A stretch of DNA of 64,000 bases from an uncultured Alphaproteobacteria bacterium (GTDB taxonomy: Bacteria > Pseudomonadota > Alphaproteobacteria > Sphingomonadales > Sphingomonadaceae), in contig CAWJWB010000007.1 in the NCBI GenBank assembly GCA_963846485.1, forward strand, positions 59,644 through 123,643, given 5' to 3'. Positions 31,040 to 44,122 of this stretch are shown one piece after another (position 1 is the first letter of the stretch; every line of letters begins with the position of its first letter). The notes beneath the pieces were generated by a model. It was given only the letters and a program-made list of their open reading frames with translations, had not been told where the DNA came from and made no database searches. Both the position numbers and the translations under genes were made by a program.

Positions 31040-31774
31040 ATGCGCCGAACTGCACTCGCGGCGACGTCGCTCGCCGCAATCCTTGCATCCACACCATCGT
31101 TCGCCGTTAACCTCGTCACCAACGGCAGCTTCGAAAACGGCTACGTCCAGAATACCGAATTCGGCGCGTCGTACCCCTCGGGAGCAGGACCGACCGGCTG
31201 GAGCTCGCCTTCGAAGAAAGCCTATAATCTCTACTTCGACCCCGCGACGGCAACGACCGTCAATGCGGCGTCGCGTTTCGGCGGCAACCAGAAGCTGCAC
31301 AGCAGCTTCACCGGCGCAAGCCCGGACGGCGGCAAGTTCGTGGCCCTCGACGGCGATGTCAACGCGCGCGGTCCGCTGATGCAGCTCATCAACGGGCTCA
31401 CGCCGGGCAAGAACTACGCCGTCAGTTTCTACTGGGGCGCGGCTCAGCTCGACAACCGGAGGGGTCCGACGACCGAGCAGCTCGACGTCACTTTCGGTAC
31501 GGTGACGAAGTCGACCCCGGTCTTGAACAATCCGTCGAAGGGTTTCACCGGGTGGTTCGGAGAGACGCTGAACTTCAAGGCCGCTTCTGCATCCCAGTAT
31601 CTGTCGTTCCTGTCGATCGGTACGCCGACCGGCTTGCCGCCGATGGCGGTGCTCGACGGCGTCTCGGTGACCACCGTGCCCGAGCCGGCCGCCTGGACGA
31701 TGCTCATCCTCGGTTTCGGATGGGTCGGGCTCGCGGTTCGCCGGCGCGCGCAGGCGAGCACCGTTACCGCCTGA
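31040..31774 (+). CDS. PEPxxWA-CTERM exosortase-sorted surface protein
   Basis: GAGGAG RBS, signal peptide, NLVTNGSFE start of domain, VPEPAAW + TM + RRR. Confidence 0.92.
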   Translation: MRRTALAATSLAAILASTPSFAVNLVTNGSFENGYVQNTEFGASYPSGAGPTGWSSPSKKAYNLYFDPATATTVNAASRFGGNQKLHSSFTGASPDGGKFVALDGDVNARGPLMQLINGLTPGKNYAVSFYWGAAQLDNRRGPTTEQLDVTFGTVTKSTPVLNNPSKGFTGWFGETLNFKAASASQYLSFLSIGTPTGLPPMAVLDGVSVTTVPEPAAWTMLILGFGWVGLAVRRRAQASTVTA

Positions 31775-31903
31775 CGCGCAAGGGTGGCGGGCGTCGATGA
31801 TCTCGACCCCGCCACTTTTCGCCCGCTTGACGGCCAGCGACACGTTCCGTGGGCTCGCTGAGAGGTCGAGCCGCCGGGCCGACGCGGCCACGGCGGCCCA
31901 CGT

Positions 31904-32758
31904 TCAGGCCTGTTCAGACAATCGCGCCTGCGTCCCTCGCGTGATGACCGCGTCGCCGGGCTGCAGTTCGGTGATCGGAAGGTCCGTCTCGCCGTCTAAT
32001 GCGCGATAGAGCGGCGCGAAGTCGGTATCGAGGGTCGTCCGCAGCAGCTGCTCGAAGCTGTCGACGACCATGTACAGCGCCTGGAAGTCGTCGATCCTGT
32101 ACGGTGTCCGCATGACGCGGGCGAGGTCGAAGCCGATGCGGTGCGGCGAGGGGTCGTCGAGCGCGAAGATGCTCTCGCCGTGGCTCGAGACGATGCCGGC
32201 GCCGTACAGCTTGAGGTCGCCGCCGTCGCGGATCAGGCCGAACTCGACCGTGTACCAGTAGAGCCGCGACAGGCGCTTCAGCGCGCCATATTCGAGGCTG
32301 CGCAGGCCGCCCGCGCCATAGGCCTGCATATAGTCGGCAAAGACCGGATCGGCGAGCAGCGGCACGTGCCCGAAGACGTCGTGGAAGACGTCCGGCGCCT
32401 CGAGATAATCAATCTGGTCGGGCGTCCGCAGGAAGTTGCCGGCGACGAAGCGCCGCTCGCTCAAATGGCGGAAGAAGACGTCGTCGGGCACCAGCCCCGG
32501 CACCGCGACGACCTGCCACCCGGTCAGCGCGTGCAGCCGCTCCGACAGGCGGCGGAAGTCGGGGATGCCGCCACCGCCGAGGTCGAGCGTCTCCAGCCCA
32601 TGCAGGAACGCCGCGTGCGCGCGGTCCTTGAGCTGCGCCGCCTGGCGGGCATAAAGCCGGTCCCACAGCGCGTGCTCGGCCGGCGTGTAATGCTCCCACC
32701 GCTGATCGACGGTCCAGTCGGCGGCGGCGTCGGACGGCGGGGCGGCGAGGGTGGCCAT
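31904..32758 (-). CDS. phhA: Phenylalanine 4-monooxygenase
   Basis: PDVFHDVFGHVP, YWYTVEFGL, YGAGIVSSHGE. Confidence 0.95.
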   Translation of the reverse strand: MATLAAPPSDAAADWTVDQRWEHYTPAEHALWDRLYARQAAQLKDRAHAAFLHGLETLDLGGGGIPDFRRLSERLHALTGWQVVAVPGLVPDDVFFRHLSERRFVAGNFLRTPDQIDYLEAPDVFHDVFGHVPLLADPVFADYMQAYGAGGLRSLEYGALKRLSRLYWYTVEFGLIRDGGDLKLYGAGIVSSHGESIFALDDPSPHRIGFDLARVMRTPYRIDDFQALYMVVDSFEQLLRTTLDTDFAPLYRALDGETDLPITELQPGDAVITRGTQARLSEQA

Positions 32759-32809
32759 CCACCCAATGTAGCACGCCGGGCGCTGCCGGGAAGGCTGCCT
32801 AAGTGGCGG

Positions 32810-32880
32810 ATGCCCCGCGAGGATTCGAACCTCGATAAACGGAATCAGAATCCGTTGTCTTACCTTTAGACGACGGGGCA
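32810..32880 (-). tRNA. tRNA-Gln(CTG)
   Basis: Anticodon arm ACGGA-TTCTGAT-TCCGT, GTTCGAAT, U1-A72; full CCA not encoded. Confidence 0.95.
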
Positions 32881-32935
32881 GTACCGCGGCCGCGACTTAC
32901 GGGCGGAGGCGCGGGGTGTCAACGCTCGCGGCCGC

Positions 32936-34030
32936 GTGGTAGACAGGGGCCAAGTTCGGTCGCCGGCCATTCGCCGGGCGGCCGCGAAGGCTGACACAGT
33001 GACCATCGACCTCGTGACCTCAGCCCGACCGGGCGATTATCCGCGGCGACCCGCCGCCGCCGCACGGCCGGCGCGCAGGGCGTTCGGCGCGCTCGACCTC
33101 GGCACCAACAACTGCCGCCTGCTGATCGCGCGCCCCGGCGGACCGGGTGGCGACTTCACCGTCATCGACGCCTTCAGCCGCGTCGTGCGGCTCGGCGAGG
33201 GGCTGGTCCAGACCGGGCGGCTGTCCGAGGCGGCGATGGACCGGGCGGTGCTGGCGCTGTCGGCCTGCGCCGACAAGCTCGCCCGGCGCAGCGTCACGCT
33301 GACCCGCAACGTCGCCACCGAAGCCTGCCGCCGCGCCGCCAACGGCCGCGAGTTCATCGACCGGGTGTACGAGGTCACCGGCATCGCTCTCGACGTCATC
33401 TCGCCCGCCGAGGAGGCGCGGCTGGCGGTGCTGGGCTGCGCGTCGCTGATCGATCCCCAAGGTCCGCCGGCGCTGATCTTCGACATCGGCGGCGGCTCGA
33501 CCGAGCTGATCCTGGTCGATGCGCGGACCGCTGCGATCCGCGCCTGGGTCAGCGTGCCGTGGGGCGTCGTCAGCCTGGCCGAGACGGTGCCCTACGACCC
33601 CGTGCCGGCGGAGCGCGCGGGCGTCTATGCGGCGCAGGTCGCGCGCGTGGCGGGGCACCTCGACGCCTTCGCCGCGACCGTGGCTGCCGAGGTCGAGGGC
33701 TCCCTGCAGCTGCTCGGCACGTCGGGGACGATCACGACGCTCGCCTCGATCGCGCTCGGCCTCCCTGCCTACGACCGGCGGCGCGTCGACGGCTGCACGG
33801 TGACGGCCAGGGCGATGCTCGACATCTCGGCGATGCTCAGCAGCCGCTCGCCGGCCGAGCGGGCGCTGGTGCCGGGCATCGGCGCCGACCGCGCCGACCT
33901 CGTCGTCGCCGGCTGCGCGATCCTCGAGGCGATCATCACCCGCTGGCCGACCGAGACGCTGCGGGTCGCCGACCGCGGCATCCGCGAGGGCGTGCTGCGC
34001 ATCCTGATGAGCCGGCAGGGCTACCGGTGA
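32936..34030 (+). CDS. Ppx/GppA family phosphatase
   Basis: DLGTNN, ATEACR, EEA, DIGGGSTE, GIREG; exact start uncertain. Confidence 0.9.
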   Translation: MVDRGQVRSPAIRRAAAKADTVTIDLVTSARPGDYPRRPAAAARPARRAFGALDLGTNNCRLLIARPGGPGGDFTVIDAFSRVVRLGEGLVQTGRLSEAAMDRAVLALSACADKLARRSVTLTRNVATEACRRAANGREFIDRVYEVTGIALDVISPAEEARLAVLGCASLIDPQGPPALIFDIGGGSTELILVDARTAAIRAWVSVPWGVVSLAETVPYDPVPAERAGVYAAQVARVAGHLDAFAATVAAEVEGSLQLLGTSGTITTLASIALGLPAYDRRRVDGCTVTARAMLDISAMLSSRSPAERALVPGIGADRADLVVAGCAILEAIITRWPTETLRVADRGIREGVLRILMSRQGYR

Positions 34031-34055
34031 CCGCCCGCGGACGGCACGGCTCGCG

Positions 34056-34790
34056 ATGACCGGCAACGCCAAATCGGGCGGCGGGGCCGGGCGCAGCCTG
34101 GGCGGCAAGGTCCGCGTCGCCACCGCGCGGGGGCGCAAGAGCTCGTCGAACCGCTGGCTCGAGCGGCAGCTCAACGACCCCTACGTCAAGGCGGCGAAGG
34201 CGGCGGGCTATCGCAGCCGCGCGGCGTTCAAGCTGATCGAACTGGACGAGCGCTTCAAGCTGCTGCAGCACGCGACCCGCGTCGTCGACCTCGGCGCCGC
34301 GCCGGGCGGCTGGTGCCAGGTGGTGCTGAAGGCGCGGCCGAAAGCCACCGTCGTCGCCATCGACCTGCTGCCGGTCGAGCCGCTGCCGGGCGTCACCATC
34401 TTCCAGCAGGACATCCTCGCCGACGGCACCGAGGCGCTGATCCGGGGCGCGCTGGGCGGCGACGCCGACCTCGTGCTGTCCGACATGGCGGCGAACACCG
34501 TCGGCCACCAGGCGACCGATCACCTGCGGACGATGGGCCTGGTCGAGACGGGCCTCGCCTTCGCCGTCGACATGCTGCGGCCCGGCGGGGCGTTCGTCGC
34601 CAAGGTCCTCGCCGGCGGGGCGGACGCGACGCTGGTCGCCGAACTCAAGCGCCACTTCGCCACCGTCAAGCACGCCAAGCCGCCCGCCAGCCGCCAGGGG
34701 TCGAGCGAATGGTACGTGGTGGCGCAGGGGTTCAAGGGGCGCGAGGCGTTGCCGCCGCCGGTCGCGGGTGGCATGGACGCCGACACATGA
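34056..34790 (+). CDS. rlmE: 23S rRNA Um2552 methyltransferase
   Basis: YRSRAAFKL, DLGAAPGGW, SDMA, KP.ASR..SSE.Y. Confidence 0.95.
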   Translation: MTGNAKSGGGAGRSLGGKVRVATARGRKSSSNRWLERQLNDPYVKAAKAAGYRSRAAFKLIELDERFKLLQHATRVVDLGAAPGGWCQVVLKARPKATVVAIDLLPVEPLPGVTIFQQDILADGTEALIRGALGGDADLVLSDMAANTVGHQATDHLRTMGLVETGLAFAVDMLRPGGAFVAKVLAGGADATLVAELKRHFATVKHAKPPASRQGSSEWYVVAQGFKGREALPPPVAGGMDADT

Positions 34791-34801
34791 GGAGCCGCCC
34801 C

Positions 34802-36458
34802 TTGAAGCGCATCGCCGTCCTTGCCGCCATCCTGCTCGCCGCGCCCGCGCTCGCCGTCCAGCCGTCGGGCATCACCGACGCCAGCCTGAAGGCCGACACG
34901 GCGAAGCTCGCCTCCGACGAATTCGAAGGGCGCCGGCCCGGCACGCCCGGCGGCGACAAGGCGGTCGCCTACATCACCCAGCGCTTCGCCGCGATCGGCC
35001 TCGAGGCCGGCAACCACGGCCGCTGGACGCAGGACGTGCCGCTGGTGACGATCACCACCGCGCCGACGCCGCTGACGCTGAGCGGTGGCGACGTCGGACG
35101 CATCGGAAAGCAGCTGACGCTCGCCTACGGCAGCGACGTCGTGCTGTGGACCAAGCGGCAGGTGCCGACTCAGGTGCTGGCGAACTCCCCCGTCGTCTTC
35201 GTCGGCTACGGCATCACCGCGCCCGAGAAGGGCTGGGACGACTATGCCGGGCTCGACGTGCGCGGCAAGACGGTCGTGTTCCTCGTCAACGACCCCGACT
35301 GGCAGACGCCGAAGGCCGGCAAGGACGCCGGACCGTTCGACGGCCGGGCGATGACCTATTACGGCCGCTACACCTACAAGTTCGAGGAGGCCGCGCGTCA
35401 CGGCGCGGCGGCGGCCTTCGTCGTCCACGACACCGAACCCGCCGGCTACGGCTGGAACGTCATCACGACGAGCTGGACCGGCCCGCAGATCGACCTCGAC
35501 TCGCCCGACAAGGGCATGGGGCGCGTCGGCGTCGAAGGCTGGATCACCCGCGCCGCCTTCGAGCGGATGCTGGCGGCGGCGGGCAAGGACTTGGGCGAAC
35601 TGACGAAAACCGCGCAGACCAAGGGCTTCCACGCCGTCCCGCTCGGCCTGCAGGCGTCGGCGACGCTAACCAACGAGATCAGCCACTCGGCGTCGAAGAA
35701 CGTCATCGGCATCGTGCCGGGCAAGCGCTTCCCGGGCGAGACGGTGCTCGTCACCGCCCACTGGGACCACCTCGGCCGCTGCCCGGCGGACGCGACCGGC
35801 GACGACATCTGCAACGGCGCGGTCGACAATGCGAGCGGCGTGGCCGGCGTGCTGGCGCTGGCGCAGGCGTTCGCGAGCGGCCCGGCGCCGGCGCGCACCG
35901 TCGTGTTCATGGCGGTGACCGGCGAGGAGTCGGGCCTGCTCGGCTCGCGCTGGTATGCCGAGCACCCGGTCTACCCCCTCGCGCTGACCGCCGGCGGGGT
36001 CAACATGGACGGACTGGACGTCGGCGGGCGGACGCACGACATCACCATCTCGGGGGGCGGCAAGTCCGACCTCGACACCACCGCGACGCTGCTCGCCAAG
36101 GCGCAAGGGCGCTACGTCGCGCCGGAACCGAGCCCGGAGAAGGGCGGCTATTTCCGCTCCGACCACTTCAGCTTCGCCAAGCTGGGCGTGCCGATGCTCC
36201 GCGCCGGCAGCGGCGTCGACCGCCTGGACGGCGGCAAGGAGGCGGGCGAGAAGGCGGCGGCCGACTATACCGCGCACCGCTACCACCAGCCGAGCGACAA
36301 TTACGATCCCGAACTGGGACTGGTCGGGGGCGGTGCAGGATCTCGACCTTTATTACGCCGTGCTGCGCGGGCTGGCCGACAATCACGCCTGGCCGCAGTG
36401 GTACGCCGGAACCGAGTTCAAATCGGTCCGCGACCAGACCGCAGCGGCGCGCCGGTGA
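34802..36458 (+). CDS. M28 family metallopeptidase with PA domain (frameshift ~36308)
   Basis: AHWDH, NGAVDNASG, GEESG, RSDH, YHQPSD. Removing one C from GATCCCG restores DPNWDWSG...* at 36458. TTG start follows GAGGAG (ATG 34787 is an alternative). Confidence 0.88.
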
Positions 36459-37429
36459 CCGCGCGCCAGCCGGCCGAGTGGGGCCGCCACGCCGCGACGT
36501 GGACCGCCTTCCCCAGCCATCCCGAGCTGTGGGAGGACGACCTCGGACCCGCTCAGGCCGAGGTCGCCGCGATGGTCTGGGCGATCGCCGAGCACGAACG
36601 GGTCGAGCTGCTCGTCGCCACCGAGGAGGCGGCCGCGGCCGCGCACGAAGCCCTGCACGGTGCCGACGTCCGCTTCCACCGGCAGGCGTTCGGCGACATC
36701 TGGCTGCGCGACACCGGCCCCCTGTTCCTCGCGTCGGCGGCCGGGCCGGCGGCGGCGGGGTTCCGCTTCAACGGCTGGGGCGGCAAGTACGACCTGCCCG
36801 GCGACGACGCGGTCGCCGGCTTCGTCGCGCACGCGGCGGCCGTCCCGCTCGCCCGTCACGACTGGGTGCTCGAGGGCGGCGCGATCGAGGTCGACGGTAC
36901 CGGCCTGTGCGTCACGACCGAGGCGTGCCTGCTCAACCCCAACCGCAACCCCGGCATGGACGCGAACGAGGTCGAATCGCACCTGCGCCGCGACCTCGGC
37001 CTCGACCGCATCCTGTGGCTCGGCGAGGGGCTGGCGAACGACCATACCGACGGCCATGTCGACAACCTCGCGCGCTTCGTCGCGCCGGGCGTGCTGGCGG
37101 TGCCGGTCGCCAGCGGCAGCGACGACCCCAACGTCGACGTCTATGAGGACGCCGCCGAGCGCGCGCGCGACTTCGGCCTCGATCTCGTCCGCATCCCGTC
37201 GCCGGGACGGGTCGAGGCGGGCGGCGAGGTCGTCCCGGCGTCCCACATGAACTGGTATGTCGCCAACGGCGTCGTCGTCGTGCCCGTCTATGGCACCGCC
37301 AGCGACGAAGCGGCGGTGGCGGCCGTCGCCGCACTGTTCCCCGGCCGGCGCACCGTCGGCCTGCGGGCGAACGCGATCCTGACCGGCGGCGGCAGCTTCC
37401 ACTGCATTACCCAGCAACAGCCGGGGTGA
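36455..37429 (+). CDS. aguA: Agmatine deiminase
   Basis: PAEW, DIWLRD, FNGWG, EGG, TDGHVD, GGGSFHCITQQ; GTGA overlap with the M28 stop. Confidence 0.93.
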   Translation: MTARQPAEWGRHAATWTAFPSHPELWEDDLGPAQAEVAAMVWAIAEHERVELLVATEEAAAAAHEALHGADVRFHRQAFGDIWLRDTGPLFLASAAGPAAAGFRFNGWGGKYDLPGDDAVAGFVAHAAAVPLARHDWVLEGGAIEVDGTGLCVTTEACLLNPNRNPGMDANEVESHLRRDLGLDRILWLGEGLANDHTDGHVDNLARFVAPGVLAVPVASGSDDPNVDVYEDAAERARDFGLDLVRIPSPGRVEAGGEVVPASHMNWYVANGVVVVPVYGTASDEAAVAAVAALFPGRRTVGLRANAILTGGGSFHCITQQQPG

Positions 37430-37439
37430 GGCGGGCGCG

Positions 37440-37793
37440 ATGACGCTGTACTGGGCGATCAAGGCGCTGATCTCTGGCGCCATCGTCGCCACCGTCAGCG
37501 AGGTGGCGCGCCGCTATCCGGCAGGCGGCGCGCTGATCGCCTCGCTGCCGCTGGTGTCGATCCTCGGCATGATCTGGCTGTGGCGCGACACGCGCGACGC
37601 GCCGCGGCTGGCGACCCATGCGCAGGCGACCTTCTGGTACGTGCTGCCGTCGCTGCCGATGTTCCTCGTCGTGCCGGCGCTGCTGCGCGGCGGGGTCGGC
37701 TTTCCGGTCGCCCTGCTCGCGGGGTGCGCCCTGACGGTCGTGCTCTACGTCGCCATGGTTGCCGGGCTCGCGCGGTTCGGGATCGCGCTCTAG
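37440..37793 (+). CDS. DUF3147-like small membrane protein
   Basis: IKALISG, GALIASLPLVS, TFWYVLPSLPMF. Confidence 0.8.
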   Translation: MTLYWAIKALISGAIVATVSEVARRYPAGGALIASLPLVSILGMIWLWRDTRDAPRLATHAQATFWYVLPSLPMFLVVPALLRGGVGFPVALLAGCALTVVLYVAMVAGLARFGIAL

Positions 37794-38161
37794 CCGCCGC
37801 GCCGGGTGTGGCCGCCCGGCATCCTACACGCCGGCGCGTGCCGCGCTCTTAGTCCGCTCGGCTTGACTAGTAGGAAGCCATCACCAAGCCTCTGCCCGGG
37901 TTGGCGCGGAGGACGGACGATGGACCGGTGGAGCGATGCGGTGCGGGCGATGGCCGGCGTGGCGGCGGTGCGGCCGTTCGCTCGTTTCGCACAAAGGAAC
38001 CTCACTGGCACGCGCCGAAGCGCAGGCTGGCGCCGCGTAGCGCTACCTTCATCAACTTCCGTTCATGTTCGGCAGGCGCCGTTCGCCGCTGCGGTTCGCC
38101 TGACCGGCCCGACGCGCGCGTCGTGCTTCCCGTCGCGCGCCCGCTCGGCTAGGGGGCAGCC

Positions 38162-39007
<846 letters not shown>

Positions 39008-39081
39008 TCGTTCGATCAGGGCCCCGAAGCGCCGATGCCGCGACGGTTAACTCCTTCGTTATGCTGGCGTTCCGCTGCCGG

Positions 39082-39098
39082 TGTAAGAAATTCCGACG
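39082..39098. promoter_or_regulatory. Enhancer-binding-protein site (TGT-N11-ACG variant)
   Basis: TGTAAGAAATTCCGACG. Confidence 0.7.
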
Positions 39099-39194
39099 AT
39101 CTGTGCCGCTCAGGCCGGCACCGCAGGTTTGGTTAACCTGTGTAAGGTGCTGATCCTCTAGCCATATCCCATCCGCTTCATCGCCTTTCGCGGT

Positions 39195-39210
39195 TGGCAC
39201 GGCGCTTGCA
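39195..39210 (+). promoter_or_regulatory. sigma54 -24/-12 promoter
   Basis: TGGCACG-GCGC-TTGCA, exact consensus. Confidence 0.88.
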
Positions 39211-39248
39211 TGATGCGGTTTGCTACTTTTGGAGAGGGGCGAAACCTT

Positions 39249-39998
39249 ATGAAGACGACTGCCATGATCTTTGCCGGCGCGCTGCTGGCCACTGCTGCTC
39301 CGGCGCTCGCGCTGGACACGTTCAACCTGACGTACGAGGATGCCGGCGTCGAGAACTCGACCGCCACGTTCACCACCAAGGGTGTCGAGACGTTCGACGC
39401 GCTGCCGACGGGCTTCAACACGTTCACCACCGACTTCGGCACGATGGGCGCCTTCACCGGCTCGTACACTGGCGTCCAGATCAATTCGGCCGACCAGTAT
39501 GGCGGTGCCGGCGGCATGGGCAACTACGCCGTCGCCTTCCCGGGCACGCCGTACACCGTCACGCTGACGGCCGATCCGGTCAAGGTTCCGGGCGGCGTCA
39601 ACTACTTCGGCTACTACCTCTCGGCGCTGGACAACGGCAACCTCGTCCAGTTCTTCCGCGGCGGTACGCTGGTCGGCCAGCTTGACCCGGCGGGTGTGCT
39701 CGCGCGCATCGGCAACAAGCCCGCGTACTTCGGCAACCCGGACGCGCCGTTCCAGGGCCAGAATTCCGCGCAGCCCTATGCCTTCATCAACTTCTTCGAC
39801 ACCAACGGCACGTTCGATACCGTCACCTTCACCCAGACGCAGGGTGGCGGGTACGAGTTGGACAACCACACCGTCGGCTTCTACACGGCGATCAGCGGCA
39901 ACACGGTTCCCGAGCCGGCCGCCTGGGCGCTGATGGTCGCCGGGTTCGGCCTGGTCGGCAGCGCCCTGCGCCGTCGCGTGGTTGCCGTCGCCGCCTAA
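39249..39998 (+). CDS. PEPxxWA-CTERM exosortase-sorted surface protein
   Basis: Signal peptide, Thr/Gly-rich beta domain (YFGYYLSALD...YELDNH), VPEPAAWALMVAGFGLVGSALRRR. Confidence 0.93.
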   Translation: MKTTAMIFAGALLATAAPALALDTFNLTYEDAGVENSTATFTTKGVETFDALPTGFNTFTTDFGTMGAFTGSYTGVQINSADQYGGAGGMGNYAVAFPGTPYTVTLTADPVKVPGGVNYFGYYLSALDNGNLVQFFRGGTLVGQLDPAGVLARIGNKPAYFGNPDAPFQGQNSAQPYAFINFFDTNGTFDTVTFTQTQGGGYELDNHTVGFYTAISGNTVPEPAAWALMVAGFGLVGSALRRRVVAVAA

Positions 39999-40017
39999 GG
40001 TCGACAGTCACGACAGG

Positions 40018-40048
40018 AAGGGCCGCCGGAGCGATCCGGCGGCCCTTT
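40018..40048. terminator. Rho-independent terminator between convergent genes
   Basis: AAGGGCCGCCGGA-GCGA-TCCGGCGGCCCTTT. Confidence 0.8.
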
Positions 40049-40103
40049 CCTTGTGTCTGCGTCGGGTCGAGGCGTCGTGTGCGGCGGGTGCCGCGGCAGG
40101 GGG

Positions 40104-41991
<1,888 letters not shown>

Positions 41992-42030
41992 GGCCGCGCC
42001 CTATCACGGTCGGCCAGCAGGCGGAAGGCG

Positions 42031-43983
42031 TCAGGGCGCGGCGGCGGCGCTCCCCGTGCCGGCCGGCAGGTGCTTGGCGAGGAAGTCGAGGGTCGCCGTC
42101 AGCATGGCGGTGCGCGTCTCGCCGCGCGACAGCCAGTGGTCTTCGCTCGCCAGCGTGACGAACTCCGGCGGATACCCGGCCCTGGCCAGCGCCGCGGCCA
42201 TGGTCTTGCTCTGGTCATAGGCGACGACGGTATCGTCCTTGCCGTGGATGAGGAGGATCGGCACATCGACCTTGGCCGCGAGCTTCGCGGGCGAGATGGC
42301 GTCGAGCGCCGGGTCGCTGCGGCTCTTCGCCCCCATGAACCGTTGCCAGAAGCGCAAGGTCGAGTTCTGCGAGCCGTTGCTGATGTCGGCCTCGTAGCTG
42401 AGCATCGCCCGGAGGTCGCTCGGTCCGGCGAGGCTGACCGCGCAGGCGTAGATGCCGTGCTGCAGCGTCACCCCCGCAAGCGCCGCATAGCCGCCGTAGC
42501 TCCCGCCGACGATGCACACGCGCTTCGGGTCGATCGTGCCGTCGTGCGCAAGGAAGGCGACGCCGTCCGACAGGTCGGTCTGCATCTTCCGGCCCCATTC
42601 GCCCCAGCCGGCAGCGTGGAACGGCTCGCCGAAGCCGGTCGAGCCGCGGAACTGCGGCTGCAGGACGGCATAGCCGCGCGACGCGATCGCCTGCGACAGC
42701 CAGTCGAAGCCGGCGTCGTCGTGCGCCCCCGGTCCGCCGTGGGGCAGCACCACAAGGGGCAGGTTCTTCGCCGCGCGCCCCGGCGGCAGGGTCAGGAAGG
42801 CGGGGATCGCCAGCCCGTCGGCGGCCTTGTACTCGATTGCCTTGACCGCGCCGATGTCCTCGGGGCCGATGCCGTCATACTCGTCGTTGAGGAATTCGGC
42901 CCGCTTCGTTCCGACGTCGAGCAGGTAGAAGGCCGCTCCCACCGCGCCACCCTCGACGCGCAGCACCAGCTTCTTGCGGTCGTCGGACCACGCCTCGACC
43001 CGCACCACGGAGCCGGGAAAGGCCTTGGCGACGCCGCGCCACAGCTTCTGGTCCTCGGTGCCGAAGAAGGTGTAGTCGACCTTCAAGCCGTCCTGGCGGA
43101 CGGTGCCGATGACGAGGTGGCTCACCGGATCGCGGACGAGCGAGGCGCCGGCCATTTCGGCCAGCGGTGCCGACGGCTCGCCGCCGAAGGCGACCTCGCG
43201 GTAGCCCCAGTCGTCGTCGACGCGCGTCTCGACGATGGCGGTGCCGGGCGTGCGGCCGAAGCCGATCAGCGACGGCGAATCGATCAGGTCGCTCGCTTCC
43301 ATCGACTTGACGAGGCTGCCGCCGCGGCGCGTCCACAACAGCCAGTGGCCGTTGCGCTCGATGTAGTCGGACCGCGCGACGATGGTCCCGGCGGCGTCGA
43401 TGAGAAAGCCTTCGGTGTTCTCGTTGCCTGTCGCGGCGACCTTGGTCGCGCGGCCGTCGAGATCGGCGCGAAACAGGGTCCGGACGCCGGTGCCGCTCGG
43501 GAAGGAAAAGCCGGTGGCGAAGGCGAACGGTTTGCCCTCGATCATCCGTATCTCGGGGACGGCGCCGACGGTGTTCATCGTCTCGACATCGCCGTTGCCG
43601 ACACCCTCGAGCAGCGGGCGGGTACGGTGCCGTGCGAGATCGACGTCGATGGCCAGCAGCCACTCGCGCTTCGGCCCGGTCAGCCCGGTGACCTGAGCCG
43701 TGGTCGATCGGGTCAGGATCAGGTGGTGGTCGCCCGCCCACGAGAGGTCGCGGACCTTGGCGGTACCCACCGGGAGCGACTGGACCAGCGCACGGTCGCT
43801 CGTGCGGCGGATGTCGACGCGCCGGGCCTTGGCCGGGCCGGTGGCGAGCGCCATGAGGCTGCCATCGGGTGACAGAGTGATAAGGTCGACGCTCGGCAGC
43901 GTGCCATAAGCCTCGGGCGGCGGCAGTGCCACTACCGGTGCCGCGGCGGCAAGCGCCAGCGCGACCAGGATCGTCGTCTTCAT
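42031..43983 (-). CDS. S9 family (prolyl oligopeptidase-like) serine peptidase, secreted
   Basis: Signal peptide, PHGGP, QFRGSTGFG, GGSYGG, HGKDD, EDH. Confidence 0.92.
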   Translation of the reverse strand: MKTTILVALALAAAAPVVALPPPEAYGTLPSVDLITLSPDGSLMALATGPAKARRVDIRRTSDRALVQSLPVGTAKVRDLSWAGDHHLILTRSTTAQVTGLTGPKREWLLAIDVDLARHRTRPLLEGVGNGDVETMNTVGAVPEIRMIEGKPFAFATGFSFPSGTGVRTLFRADLDGRATKVAATGNENTEGFLIDAAGTIVARSDYIERNGHWLLWTRRGGSLVKSMEASDLIDSPSLIGFGRTPGTAIVETRVDDDWGYREVAFGGEPSAPLAEMAGASLVRDPVSHLVIGTVRQDGLKVDYTFFGTEDQKLWRGVAKAFPGSVVRVEAWSDDRKKLVLRVEGGAVGAAFYLLDVGTKRAEFLNDEYDGIGPEDIGAVKAIEYKAADGLAIPAFLTLPPGRAAKNLPLVVLPHGGPGAHDDAGFDWLSQAIASRGYAVLQPQFRGSTGFGEPFHAAGWGEWGRKMQTDLSDGVAFLAHDGTIDPKRVCIVGGSYGGYAALAGVTLQHGIYACAVSLAGPSDLRAMLSYEADISNGSQNSTLRFWQRFMGAKSRSDPALDAISPAKLAAKVDVPILLIHGKDDTVVAYDQSKTMAAALARAGYPPEFVTLASEDHWLSRGETRTAMLTATLDFLAKHLPAGTGSAAAAP

Positions 43984-44122
43984 CCGCAGCTGCCCCCCGC
44001 TTGCGCCACCCCCGCCCGGCATCATGGCGGCGGGCGCGGCGTCGTCAACCCGGTCCCGCTCCTCGCCTTTCCGCGCCGCCGGGCGTAGAGCGCGGCTAAC
44101 CCGAAACCGCATGAGGCGCGCC

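Noticed and set aside
34313-37429. Apparent 1038-aa M28 peptidase-agmatine deiminase fusion
   Set aside because: Created by one extra C at ~36308. The corrected frame gives a normal M28 C-terminus stopping at 36458, overlapping the aguA GTG.
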